NCBI GenBank assembly: GCA_965249685.1
Contig: CBDFMN010000002.1
Span: 8,511 to 72,510, forward strand
DNA: 64,000 nt
Reading direction: 5' to 3'
From: Beijerinckiaceae bacterium
GTDB taxonomy: Bacteria; Pseudomonadota; Alphaproteobacteria; Rhizobiales; Beijerinckiaceae
The notes beneath the pieces were generated by a model. The model did no database searches, was not told the origin of the DNA, and worked only from the letters and a program-made list of their open reading frames with translations. A program made the translations under genes and the position numbers. Positions within the stretch are counted from its first letter, which is position 1. Each line of letters starts with the position of its first letter. Shown in pieces: positions 18,703 to 27,930 of this stretch.

Positions 18703-19638
18703 ATGAACGCGATCGACTTCGAGGTTTCCGTGCCGCAGCTGCGGTGCTTCGTTGCCGTCGTGAGCGCCGGCTCGGTCGCCGAAGCCAGCCGTCGTCTCGG
18801 TATGTCCGCAGCCAGCGTATCCAAGGCGATCACCCGGCTCGAAGCCGGCGCCGGCGTCAAACTCCTGCACCGCTCGACCCATGCGTTGTCGCTCACGGAG
18901 GACGGGGAATCGCTGATCGAGGCCGCCCGGGAAGCCGTCCGCGCGGCCGAGGCGTTCGAGCACGCCGCCGCGCATGTCGCCGACGGCGCCAATGCAGGCG
19001 TCGTTCGCCTCACTGGCGCGGTCGGGTTCGTGCGCCACGTCGTAGTGCCGCTCATGGGCGAGTTCGCCGTACGGCATCCCGACATCCGCCTGGATGTCCG
19101 CGCGACCAACGAGACCGTCGACCTGGCCGATGGCGGCATCGACTTGGCCCTTCGTTCCGGCGCGGTCTCGGGCGTACCGGGGCATCTGCAGCAGGCCTGG
19201 TTCAGCTTCCCATGGGTGATCTGCGCCGCACCCGGCTACCTCGATCGTCGTCCTGCGCCGCTGACGGTGCCGGAGCTCGACGGCCACGACCTCATCGGGT
19301 TCCGCAACAACCGCACGGGACGGGTTCAGCCATGGCCCCACAGGGGGCCGACCGGCGGTGCCGGCGGCCGATACGACCTCAAGACCGGACTCTCGTTCGA
19401 TGATGGCGATGCGGCGTGGGGCGCCATGCTGGCGGGTGCGGGCATCGCCTGCGCTCCGCTCTGGCTCGCGGCCACCGCGCTGAGGAACGGCACGGCGGTC
19501 GAGATTCTCGCGAAGTGGAGGGACGCCGACGCCAGCGTGACGATGCTGCGCAGGAACCGCCGCCTGACACCGGGTCGCCTGACCACGCTGATGGCGTTCC
19601 TGAGCGCCCGCGTCCCGTATTTCGGCGATCTCCGCTGA
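18703..19638 (+). CDS. LysR family transcriptional regulator
   Basis: LRCFVAVVSAGSVAEASRRLGMSAASVSKAITRLE HTH; LLHRSTHALSLTEDG. Confidence 0.95.
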   Translation: MNAIDFEVSVPQLRCFVAVVSAGSVAEASRRLGMSAASVSKAITRLEAGAGVKLLHRSTHALSLTEDGESLIEAAREAVRAAEAFEHAAAHVADGANAGVVRLTGAVGFVRHVVVPLMGEFAVRHPDIRLDVRATNETVDLADGGIDLALRSGAVSGVPGHLQQAWFSFPWVICAAPGYLDRRPAPLTVPELDGHDLIGFRNNRTGRVQPWPHRGPTGGAGGRYDLKTGLSFDDGDAAWGAMLAGAGIACAPLWLAATALRNGTAVEILAKWRDADASVTMLRRNRRLTPGRLTTLMAFLSARVPYFGDLR

Positions 19639-19920
19639 TCGCTCGGGCCTGCGCCGAAGCGGACGGCTTGCATCGACGGCGTGGTTGCAGCGGTGCGACA
19701 TGGGGGCGTTTGTCGCAAAGCACGCAAAGCCGGAATAGACGGCCGCGAGGCACGGCAGTGTTGCCCTTCCGGCAACCTCCTCGACATCCGGGTCGAGATC
19801 GAGGCCGGGTCGAACGGCTTCTGACCTGGTCCGCTCGGAACAATCGGCCTCGTCCGAGACCAAAGGTCAGCGTCTCGCGGCCAAGCCGCCCCGGGGCCGT
19901 AGAACCTGCCGACCAGCGGC

Positions 19921-20895
19921 TCACGCCTCGAGCAGCCGCTCGCTCAAATCCCAAAGTCGCCGGGCAGATGTTGGATCGATGGAATGCGACACGACCTCGG
20001 ACGGGATGCAATCGGGGGTAAGCTGCCTGGGCTCGTCGTCCAGTCGCGAGATGTCGTTGTCCTTGAGGTAAACGCCCCCGATGTTGGCAAGCAGCGGGCT
20101 GGTGGCCGCGAAGACGATGGTGCCGGCACCTTGTTGCGGTGTCTTCTTGCCGACCTCGGGATCGATGATCGGCTTCCCGTCCGCATCGATCAGTCCCATT
20201 GCCCGGAGCGCCTCGCCGCCGGCGGAACTGTTCAGCTTGGTCCCGACGACGACGCCAGGATGGACGGCATAGCCACGGATGCCCTCTTCGGCGAAACGCC
20301 GATCCAATTCGACCGCGAAAAGCACGTTCGCCGTCTTGGATTGCGCGTAAGCGACCCTGGAATTGTAGCCGGTGCGGAAGTTGGGATCGTCCCAGCGAAT
20401 ATCGGAGAAGCGTTGCGCACCGGAGGACACGGCGACCACGCGGGCGCCGTGCGCCGCGCGCAGCGCTGGCAGGAGGCCGAGCGTCAGCTGAAAATGCCCC
20501 AAATGGTTGGTCGCAAACTGCGTCTCGTAGCCGCGCGCATCCCGCTCCGGCCCGCCCGAAGCACCGGCGCCATTGATCAGGATGTGAAGCGGGCGCTTGC
20601 TCGCGAGCCACCGCTGGACGAAGTCGTCGATCGAGGTGGGATCCACCAGATCGAGCCGGTCGATCCCGATACCCTCGTCGCGGGCCAGAGCGGCGGCGGC
20701 GTTCGCGGGGTTGCGCGACGTGGCCGTCACCGAGGCGCCGGCCTTCACCAATGCTCTGCTGACTTCCAGGCCGATGCCGGTATAGCCACCGGTGACGACC
20801 GCGTTCCTGCCGGTGAGGTCGAGGCCGGCGAGAACGTCATCGGCCGTCGCGGCTGCCGTGAAGCCGCTGCCGAGGGGATGCTGTCTGTGGGTCAT
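19921..20895 (-). CDS. SDR family oxidoreductase
   Basis: VVTGGYTGIG, INGAG, NHLGHF, YAQSK. Confidence 0.93.
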   Translation of the reverse strand: MTHRQHPLGSGFTAAATADDVLAGLDLTGRNAVVTGGYTGIGLEVSRALVKAGASVTATSRNPANAAAALARDEGIGIDRLDLVDPTSIDDFVQRWLASKRPLHILINGAGASGGPERDARGYETQFATNHLGHFQLTLGLLPALRAAHGARVVAVSSGAQRFSDIRWDDPNFRTGYNSRVAYAQSKTANVLFAVELDRRFAEEGIRGYAVHPGVVVGTKLNSSAGGEALRAMGLIDADGKPIIDPEVGKKTPQQGAGTIVFAATSPLLANIGGVYLKDNDISRLDDEPRQLTPDCIPSEVVSHSIDPTSARRLWDLSERLLEA

Positions 20896-20914
20896 GGAAG
20901 GTATCTCGCTCCGA

Positions 20915-21658
20915 TCACGCTTGCATCAGCGCAGTGGCGTCGGCGCCCGCTGCGAGCCGCATCGGACACGACGGGTCGGTCGCCGCGCGCCACACGGCTT
21001 GCGTCACGTCCGACGCGTTGGTGATCGGGCCCTCCTGCTGGAAGTTCGCGAAGACCGTCTGTGCCAGTCCGGCGTAGGGCTCCGGGAAGCCGGCCTGCAT
21101 GCGCGAGCGCGCGTTGTCGCCGAACGCGGTGGCGGGAGCTCGCCCCGGGAGCACGACGCGCACCCGGACGTCGAACTGCTGGAGTTCCAGCGCGAGCACC
21201 TCCGAGAACGCGTTCACCGCCGCCTTGCTCGCAGTATAGACAGAGAGCAGCGGTAGCGGCAGCAGCGTCACGCTGGACGACACGTTGACGATCACGCCCG
21301 ACCGGCGCGCCCGCATTTGCGGCAACACGGCCTGCGTCATCGCCATGGTGCCGAACGTATTCGTCTCGAACACTTCGCGCACCGTTTCGATCGGCGTGCC
21401 CTCGAGCGCGTTGAGGAAGCCGATGCCGGCATTGTTGACCAGCACGTCGATCGGTCCCGCCGCCGCGATGGCGTGGCGGATGCTCTGCGGATCGGTCACG
21501 TCGAGCGCGAGCACGCGCAGCCGGTCCGAAGCCGGAAGGACGTCCGCACGCGGCGTCCGCATCGTTGCGACCACCGTCCAGTCAGGGCGAGCCAGGAAAG
21601 CGCGCGCGATCTCCAGGCCGAACCCGGACGAGCATCCGGTCACGAGGATGTTTTTCAT
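20915..21658 (-). CDS. SDR family oxidoreductase
   Basis: LVTGCSSGFG, VNNAG, NVSS, YTASK. Confidence 0.93.
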   Translation of the reverse strand: MKNILVTGCSSGFGLEIARAFLARPDWTVVATMRTPRADVLPASDRLRVLALDVTDPQSIRHAIAAAGPIDVLVNNAGIGFLNALEGTPIETVREVFETNTFGTMAMTQAVLPQMRARRSGVIVNVSSSVTLLPLPLLSVYTASKAAVNAFSEVLALELQQFDVRVRVVLPGRAPATAFGDNARSRMQAGFPEPYAGLAQTVFANFQQEGPITNASDVTQAVWRAATDPSCPMRLAAGADATALMQA

Positions 21659-21755
21659 GTCAATTCCGATCCCATACTCTGCCAAGCCTCAGATAGGCGG
21701 CAGCGTCCGGACGTGATACCGCTTAAAGTCCAAGTCTCGTTCGTATGAGTCCGGT

Positions 21756-22664
21756 TTGTCCGATCCGCTCACCCAAATCGTCGGTCTGCTTCAGCCGAGT
21801 GCGTGGTACTCGAAAGTGGCCGAGGGCGCGGCCGCCTGGCGGGTGCGGCGTTCGGAAACCGGGAGGCCCTTCTACTGCGCGATCCTGGCTGGCGCGTGCC
21901 GGTTGCAGGTTGGCGGGCAGGAGTCGATCACGCTCGCGAGCGGCGACTTCGTCCTGATCCCCTCGGTTTTCGATTTCACGATGTCGAGCGTCGAGCCGAT
22001 GCTTTCGGACAGGGGCGATTCCGTGCCGTTCGAATTGCGCCCGGGGCTGGTTCGCTTGGGCAATCAGGACGGCCCGCCCGACGTGCGCGTGCTGCTGGGC
22101 TACTGCACCTTCGGTTCGCCCGACGCGGCTCTGCTCGTCTCGCTCCTGCCCCGGCTGATCCACGTCTGCGGCGACGAAAGGCTGACCACGTTGCTCCAAC
22201 TGGTCAACGAGGAGTCTCGGGCGAGCCGGCTGGGGCGGGACGTGATCCTGGCGCGGCTGGCCGAAGTTCTGCTGATCGAGGCGCTCCGCTCCACTTCACG
22301 CGCCGAGGCTCCGCCCGGCTTGCTGCGCGGTCTCGCCGACGAGCGGCTCGCCGGCGCCCTGCGGCAGATGCACGAGCGTCCTACCTGGCCATGGACGGTC
22401 CCGGAGCTTGCGAAGCAGGCGGCGCTGTCCCGATCGTCGTTCTTCGAACGATTCAGGCGGGCGGTGGGCGTCGCCCCCATGGAGTACCTGCTCCATTGGC
22501 GCATGGCGCTGGCAAAGGATCTCCTGCGCCGCGATAGGGGCGGCGTCGCCGAAATAGCGCAGCGGGTGGGCTATAGCTCGGCAAGCACGTTCAGCGTCGC
22601 CTTCGCCCGCCATGTCGGCCTGCCACCGACAACCTATGCGCGCGAGCAGGCCGGCGTCCCCTGA
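21756..22664 (+). CDS. AraC family regulator (cupin + HTH)
   Basis: TTG start MSDPL; WTVPELAKQAALSRSSFFERF, PMEYLLHWRM, VGYSSASTFS. Confidence 0.92.
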   Translation: MSDPLTQIVGLLQPSAWYSKVAEGAAAWRVRRSETGRPFYCAILAGACRLQVGGQESITLASGDFVLIPSVFDFTMSSVEPMLSDRGDSVPFELRPGLVRLGNQDGPPDVRVLLGYCTFGSPDAALLVSLLPRLIHVCGDERLTTLLQLVNEESRASRLGRDVILARLAEVLLIEALRSTSRAEAPPGLLRGLADERLAGALRQMHERPTWPWTVPELAKQAALSRSSFFERFRRAVGVAPMEYLLHWRMALAKDLLRRDRGGVAEIAQRVGYSSASTFSVAFARHVGLPPTTYAREQAGVP

Positions 22665-22784
22665 GGGAGCGGCCGGAAGCTTTTAGCGAGCGAGCCGGTA
22701 GAGGGGGATAAATGCGAGTGGTCTGCAGCATCCCGGATCCGAGGGCTTGCGAGCATCCCACAGAAAAAGCACGAACCAGAAAAC

Positions 22785-22821
22785 AATGGTGCCGCAAGAG
22801 AAAACTCCCGACCCCCTCATT
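22785..22821 (-). repeat. Partial duplicate of the tRNA-Thr 3' half with an internal deletion
   Basis: AATGGTGCCGCAAGAG-AA-AACTCCCGACCCCCTCATT vs AATGGTGCCGCAAGAG-AGATTCG-AACTCCCGACCCCCTCATT. Confidence 0.9.
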
Positions 22822-22858
22822 GACGAAGGCCTTGAACGGGTTGTAAAAACAGCTCTAA

Positions 22859-22934
22859 TGGTGCCGCAAGAGAGATTCGAACTCCCGACCCCCTCATTAC
22901 GAATGAGGTGCTCTACCAGCTGAGCTATTGCGGC
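22859..22934 (-). tRNA. tRNA-Thr(CGT)
   Basis: GCCGCAA acceptor stem, CCTCA-TTCGTAA-TGAGG anticodon arm, GTTCGAATC T-loop, CCA. Confidence 0.97.
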
Positions 22935-23045
22935 AACGCCGCGCACGCGCGCGAGGCCCTTTCAATAACGGTCGCGGCGCGCTTTGGCAATCGGCTGTCG
23001 CGGCCGGATGTCGGCCCGCACCGTCTAGCGCGACGGTGTGGCTTC

Positions 23046-24713
23046 CTAATTTATTGAATGGTAACTTTGCGGCACGGCCGGCTTGGCAGGGAGGGCCGGT
23101 GGCGTGTCGATGCCCGGGTCGTCGGGCGCGACGATGGCGGAGCGGGTCAGGGGCTTGAGCGGAGACGTGTCGGCCGCCCCGACCGGCAGCGCGAGAACTG
23201 CGCCGGCAGTGCGCTTCGACCGGCGTCCCGATCGCCGGCGTCGGAGAGGTTTGCACGCCCTCCACAGGAAGCGACGCCCTGCTCGCCGAAGCCTCGAGGG
23301 CGACCATGGAATCGGCCGCGACCGGCTCAGGCGGCGGCTCGAGCCGTACCGCCTCGCGCGGCCTCTGTGCCGGCATGCGGCACGGCCGGCTTCCATGACG
23401 TGGCCCGGCCGCTCGGCCGGCGCCTGCCAGACAAAGGCGTCGAGGCGCCCGCTCGTCGGCGAGACCGGCTCCCACTGACGTGGCCCGGCCGCTCGTAGAC
23501 GATACCGTCGGCGATCCAGGCGGCAGGCGGCGTCGAGCGGGGCGCGGGAGGCGCGCGCCAACCATTCGCGCCACTGGCCGAGGTCGCCGTGTTCGGCATC
23601 CTCGATGTCGGCCATCAGCAGGCAGGCGCGGACCGTCGGCCGCTGCCCTTCCGCGACGAGTGGCGCCATCGCCTCGCGCGCGGTCGCAAACTCCTTCGCG
23701 GCCACCGCGGCGCGCGCCACCACCATGCGGCTCACGGGATCGAAGGGCGAGATCCGCAGGAGGGTCTGCGCGCGGGCGAGCCGGTCGCTCGTCGAGTCGC
23801 CCGGTCTCACGTCGAGATAGGCGCGCGCGAGTTCGGGGTGCGGGCAGCGCGTCCAGGCGTTCTCGATGAGCTTGGCCGCCTTGCGGATGTCGCCGCGGCG
23901 GGTCAGCAGCCGGGCCGCGAGGCCGACCGCCGGGACCAAGTCGGGCGCGCGCTTCATGGCCGAACGGGCGAGGGACAGGGCCGCGTCGGGCGCCACGGCC
24001 TCCTTGTCGAGGGCGAGCGCCGTCTCCAGCACGGCCTGCTGCCGGCCGGCGGTCACGCGGTCGATCAGGTTCGCGCCAGCGCTCGTCTCGACCGTCGCCA
24101 GCGCCCGTTCCCAATCGCCGTCCGCGGCGCGATGCTCCAGCACCGTCTGCGCCGACCAGGGCAGCGGCTTCACGCCATGCGCCTCGTTGGCGAAATGACG
24201 CGCCGCCTCTTCGTCGCCGCGCCGGCTCGCCTCGTCGTGCAGGCCGCGCAGGCCGAGCACGCGCGTCTCCTCGCGCCGGGCGAGCGCGCTGAAGGCCGCC
24301 TCAGCGCCGGAGAGGTCGTTGGAGAGGCGCGCCGCCTGGGCGCGCAGGACCAGCGCGAGCGGGTCGTCGCGCAGGTGCTTGGTGGCCTGGGCCGACGCGC
24401 GGGCGGCGGCACGCGCGTCGCCCGCACCGACCGCGACGAGGCCGCGCGACAGGGCCCCATAGCCCTTCTCGCGTCGTCGGTGACGCGCCGTCATCGACAG
24501 GAGCGAGGGCAGACCGAAGAGGAAGCGCAGGAGGCCCCACGCCATGGCGAGCAGCGCGGCGAGCAGGAGCAGGAGCGCCAGCCCCACCGCGGCGGAGACC
24601 GAGACGCTCCAACCGAGCCAGACCACGTCGACGTGCCCGGGGTACTGCAGGAGCCGGTCGGCGCCATAGGCGACGGCCGCGAGCAGCAGCAAATAGATAA
24701 GAACGCGGATCAT
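23046..24713 (-). CDS. hemY: HemY-family TPR membrane protein; C-terminus perturbed by frameshifts
   Basis: N-terminal TMs, RRREKGYGALSRGLVAVGAGD, PHPELA, WEPVSPTSGRLDAFVW; the AAWIADG motif sits in another frame. Confidence 0.75.
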   Translation of the reverse strand: MIRVLIYLLLLAAVAYGADRLLQYPGHVDVVWLGWSVSVSAAVGLALLLLLAALLAMAWGLLRFLFGLPSLLSMTARHRRREKGYGALSRGLVAVGAGDARAAARASAQATKHLRDDPLALVLRAQAARLSNDLSGAEAAFSALARREETRVLGLRGLHDEASRRGDEEAARHFANEAHGVKPLPWSAQTVLEHRAADGDWERALATVETSAGANLIDRVTAGRQQAVLETALALDKEAVAPDAALSLARSAMKRAPDLVPAVGLAARLLTRRGDIRKAAKLIENAWTRCPHPELARAYLDVRPGDSTSDRLARAQTLLRISPFDPVSRMVVARAAVAAKEFATAREAMAPLVAEGQRPTVRACLLMADIEDAEHGDLGQWREWLARASRAPLDAACRLDRRRYRLRAAGPRQWEPVSPTSGRLDAFVWQAPAERPGHVMEAGRAACRHRGRARRYGSSRRLSRSRPIPWSPSRLRRAGRRFLWRACKPLRRRRSGRRSKRTAGAVLALPVGAADTSPLKPLTRSAIVAPDDPGIDTPPALPAKPAVPQSYHSIN

Positions 24714-24750
24714 CGTTGTTCCCGCTGGAGGCGTGAAGAGGCGGAACGCC

Positions 24751-26064
24751 TCAGGATTTCTTCGCGGCGAAAGCGGCGATCGCGTCGTGCTGGATCGCGT
24801 TTGCCGCGCCGATCGCCTCGGCATGCGTCTTGGCGAGCGCGCCCCAAGCGGCCGAGTCCGGCTTGCTCTTGGCCTCCGCCGGCAAGGCCTCCCAGGTCTT
24901 CACCGCGTCGACCACGTCGTCGCGCGCCAAGTCGGCCTTGATCCGGGCCACGCGGGAGGGCACGTCGTCGCCGGTCACGGCGTCGACCCGGCGGATGGAG
25001 ATGAGGCCGCTTGCCCCACTCTTCATGCGGTCCCAGAAGCCGGCGTTGGGCGGAAGCTTGGTGCCGGCGGCGAGCAGTCCATCGGTCAGGGGGTCGAACT
25101 TGGCGGCAAGCGCGGTGGCGGTAGGGACGCCGGCGTCGGCGAACTGGCGCAGGATCGCCGCCCTCGCCGGATCGGCACCGAGCGCCTCCAGCGCGTTGAC
25201 CTGGGTGGCGAACGGCAGGCCGCGGCCGATCTGCTGCACGAGGCTGTCGGCGACGACGGCGAGGGCCGGCGAGCCGATGATCTTCTCGAGGTTTTTCTGA
25301 CCGCTCTGCAGGGCCTGGACGTCGGTGCGGGCGGCCCCCGCCTGCTTCTGCACGTCAGCCACACCGGTGGCCAACGTGGCCAGTTTGCCCTGCGCGGCCG
25401 CAAGGTCGCCCGCCGAGGCGCTCTGCTGCTGCAGCGCGTCGAGTTTGGCTTGCAAGGCCGAGATCTTCCCCGGCAGGTCCGACGCACCAGGCGCGGTCTC
25501 CGCAGCCGCGGGCTTCGATCCCGCCTGCTTCTCGACCGCTCCGACCCTGCCGGAGAGATCCGCGACGGCGACCTTGAGCGTGGCCAGCGGGCCGGCCGGG
25601 TCCGGCCGCCTGTTCAGCGCGTCGACCTGAGTGGTCAGCGCCGCGACCTTGCCGTCGAGGGCGTCCCTGCCGGGCGCGTTGGCGTAGACCAAGTAGGCGC
25701 TGCCGGCACCGACGAGGGCGCCGGCGAGGAGACCGGCAGCCACCGGCCACAGGCTGGCGCGCCGCGCGACGGGCGCAGTCGGCGGCTCGGCCCCAGCCAC
25801 GCCGGCGGGGGTCGAAGCAGCATCGGCGGTCCCCTGCGACGTCGACGGCGAGGGCACCGACGCCTGGTCGAGCGGATCGCGCGCGAGCGGGTCCGTACCG
25901 CCGGCCGTGGCCAGCGGGACCGGGCCGACCTCGTTCAGGCTGCCGCGGGCATCGCTGGCGGTCCATTCGGACAGCGGCGACGGCGCACCCGGGCCGCCCG
26001 GTTTGGACGAGGCTGCCGCAGGCTCCGAGGTCGCCTGTCTACCCTCGTGGTCGTCACCAGCCAT
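24751..26064 (-). CDS. COG4223 (mitofilin/HemX-like) coiled-coil membrane protein
   Basis: Low-complexity N-terminus, one TM, coiled coil, GLPFATQVNAL and WDRMKSGASGLISIRR; sits directly upstream of hemY. Confidence 0.75.
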   Translation of the reverse strand: MAGDDHEGRQATSEPAAASSKPGGPGAPSPLSEWTASDARGSLNEVGPVPLATAGGTDPLARDPLDQASVPSPSTSQGTADAASTPAGVAGAEPPTAPVARRASLWPVAAGLLAGALVGAGSAYLVYANAPGRDALDGKVAALTTQVDALNRRPDPAGPLATLKVAVADLSGRVGAVEKQAGSKPAAAETAPGASDLPGKISALQAKLDALQQQSASAGDLAAAQGKLATLATGVADVQKQAGAARTDVQALQSGQKNLEKIIGSPALAVVADSLVQQIGRGLPFATQVNALEALGADPARAAILRQFADAGVPTATALAAKFDPLTDGLLAAGTKLPPNAGFWDRMKSGASGLISIRRVDAVTGDDVPSRVARIKADLARDDVVDAVKTWEALPAEAKSKPDSAAWGALAKTHAEAIGAANAIQHDAIAAFAAKKS

Positions 26065-26116
26065 TATCGCCCCTCGGATGTGTCGCCGGGCTATGTAGCC
26101 GCCGGCGACCCAATCA

Positions 26117-27061
26117 TCAACGTGCTCTAACGCTTCGCTTCCGCCCAAGTTCAGCGCCTGCCGCATGGCCGGGTTCGCCCCGCGCCACGATCGCCGCCGC
26201 GAGTTCCACCGTGCGGCGCGCCATCTCCTCGTGCAGGCGCTCCACCGGGCGCCCATCGACGATCATCACCTCCTTGCCGACGCACTCCGGGGCGGCAAAG
26301 GCGGCGACGATCTTACGTGCCCAGGCAACCTCCTCGCGCGAGGGGGCGAAGACCATGTTGCAGGCCGCGACCTGCGAAGGATTGGCGAGGGTCTTGCCGT
26401 CCATGCCGAGGTCCCGGCCCTGCTCGCATTCGGCGTGGAAGCCATCCGACAGGCGCGGGGCGACCCAGGCGTCGGGATAGGGGCCGTCGATCACGTCGAT
26501 GCCGTGCGCCCGCGCCGCCGCGACCGCGAGCGCGAGATAGGCGAGCAGTCCCGAGCGGCCCGGCCGATGGCGCGCGCGCATCGCGCAGGCGAGCTTGTCC
26601 GTCCCCATCACGATGAGGTCGAGGCGCGAGGACGGGTCCGCCGCCGTGCGCAGCGTCGAATCGAGGTTGAGGATGGCGACCGGGGTCTCAATCATCGCCC
26701 AAACTCGGACGCCATCCGGCGCGCCGGCTTCGCGCAGGTCCCTGGCCGCACGCATGATGTCGCCGGGGCATTCGGCCCTTGGCACCAGCAGGGCGTCGGC
26801 ACCGGCGGCCGCCACCGCGCGAACGTCGTCGAGACCCCAGGGCGTGTCGCGCGCGTTGACGCGGACGACGCGTTCCCGGAACCCGAAACCGCCCGCTTTA
26901 AGCAGGGCTGCAACCCGGCCACGGGCCGTCTCCTTCGCCTCGGGCGCGGCGGCTTCGAGGTCGAAGACGAGGCAGTCGGCCGGCAGGGTCCGTGCCGCTT
27001 CGAGCGCCGGCTCATCCAGTCCGGAGAGGAAGAGGACGCTGCGGCGCGGGCGAACTACCAT
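26117..27061 (-). CDS. CoA ester lyase (CitE/malyl-CoA lyase family)
   Basis: RPRRSVLF, FDLEAA, RVNA, WAMIETP, GKTLANPSQ. Confidence 0.88.
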   Translation of the reverse strand: MVVRPRRSVLFLSGLDEPALEAARTLPADCLVFDLEAAAPEAKETARGRVAALLKAGGFGFRERVVRVNARDTPWGLDDVRAVAAAGADALLVPRAECPGDIMRAARDLREAGAPDGVRVWAMIETPVAILNLDSTLRTAADPSSRLDLIVMGTDKLACAMRARHRPGRSGLLAYLALAVAAARAHGIDVIDGPYPDAWVAPRLSDGFHAECEQGRDLGMDGKTLANPSQVAACNMVFAPSREEVAWARKIVAAFAAPECVGKEVMIVDGRPVERLHEEMARRTVELAAAIVARGEPGHAAGAELGRKRSVRAR

Positions 27062-27209
27062 GACCCCTCCTCCTTTCGCCGCAGCGCAACACGATCGTAC
27101 CGCGACGCAAACGAAGTCCCTGCATTTCTTCTACCAGAGCTTTGCATGGCGTCTCGGAATAAAGGATAGATGGATGAACGAGCCTCGCGCAAAGGACTGG
27201 CGCCCGCCT

Positions 27210-27923
27210 ATGACGACCAACCCGATCGAGCCGGAGCGCGACGATCTCAAAAGCATCCCGCTGCCGCCGCAACTGATCGAAGGCTACGCCACCTTCCGCG
27301 GCAACCGCCTGCGCGAGGAGCAGGGCCGCTTCCGCCTTCTCGCGGAGGAGGGGCAGCGGCCACCCGTCCTGCTCATCGGCTGCTGCGACTCGCGCGTTTC
27401 TCCGGAAGTCATCTTCGATGCGGGCCCGGGCGAGATCTTCGTGGTTCGCAACATCGGCGCGCTCGTGCCGCCCTTCGCGCTCGTCGCGGAGCAGCAGGAG
27501 ACTGCCGCGGCGATCGAGTACGCGGTGATGGCGCTGAAGGTCGCGCACATCGTCGTCATGGGCCACGCCCAATGTGGCGGCATCCGCGCCTTCGCGCAGG
27601 GGCAGGACCAGGAGTACCAGCCGCTATCGCCCGAGAACTTCGTCGGACGCTGGAAGGACCTGATCCAGCCGGCCGCCGAACGCCTCGGCCCGCCGACGGG
27701 CGACTTCGAGCATTATTGCGAAAGCCTGTCCTATGCCTCGATCATCCAGGGCATCGCCAACTTGCGCTCCTACCCCTGGCTCAAGGCCCGCGAGGCAGCC
27801 GGCAAGCTCAGCCTGCACGGTGCCTATTTCGGCGTGGCCAATGGCAACATGACGGCACTCGACGAGGCAACGGGCCGGTTCGTCGCCGTCGTGCCCCTCG
27901 CCCAAGCGAAGGGAGCCGCGTAG
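27210..27923 (+). CDS. Beta-class carbonic anhydrase
   Basis: GCCDSRV, FVVRNIG, GHAQCGG zinc ligands. Confidence 0.95.
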   Translation: MTTNPIEPERDDLKSIPLPPQLIEGYATFRGNRLREEQGRFRLLAEEGQRPPVLLIGCCDSRVSPEVIFDAGPGEIFVVRNIGALVPPFALVAEQQETAAAIEYAVMALKVAHIVVMGHAQCGGIRAFAQGQDQEYQPLSPENFVGRWKDLIQPAAERLGPPTGDFEHYCESLSYASIIQGIANLRSYPWLKAREAAGKLSLHGAYFGVANGNMTALDEATGRFVAVVPLAQAKGAA

Positions 27924-27930
27924 CAACCCA

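Noticed and set aside
21745-21957. Out-of-frame ATG just before the AraC gene suggesting a frameshift
   Set aside because: The TTG frame gives the normal MSDPL N-terminus of this AraC subfamily, so no frameshift is needed.
22683-22946. 87-aa ORF over tRNA-Thr
   Set aside because: Shadow translation of the tRNA and its duplicate.
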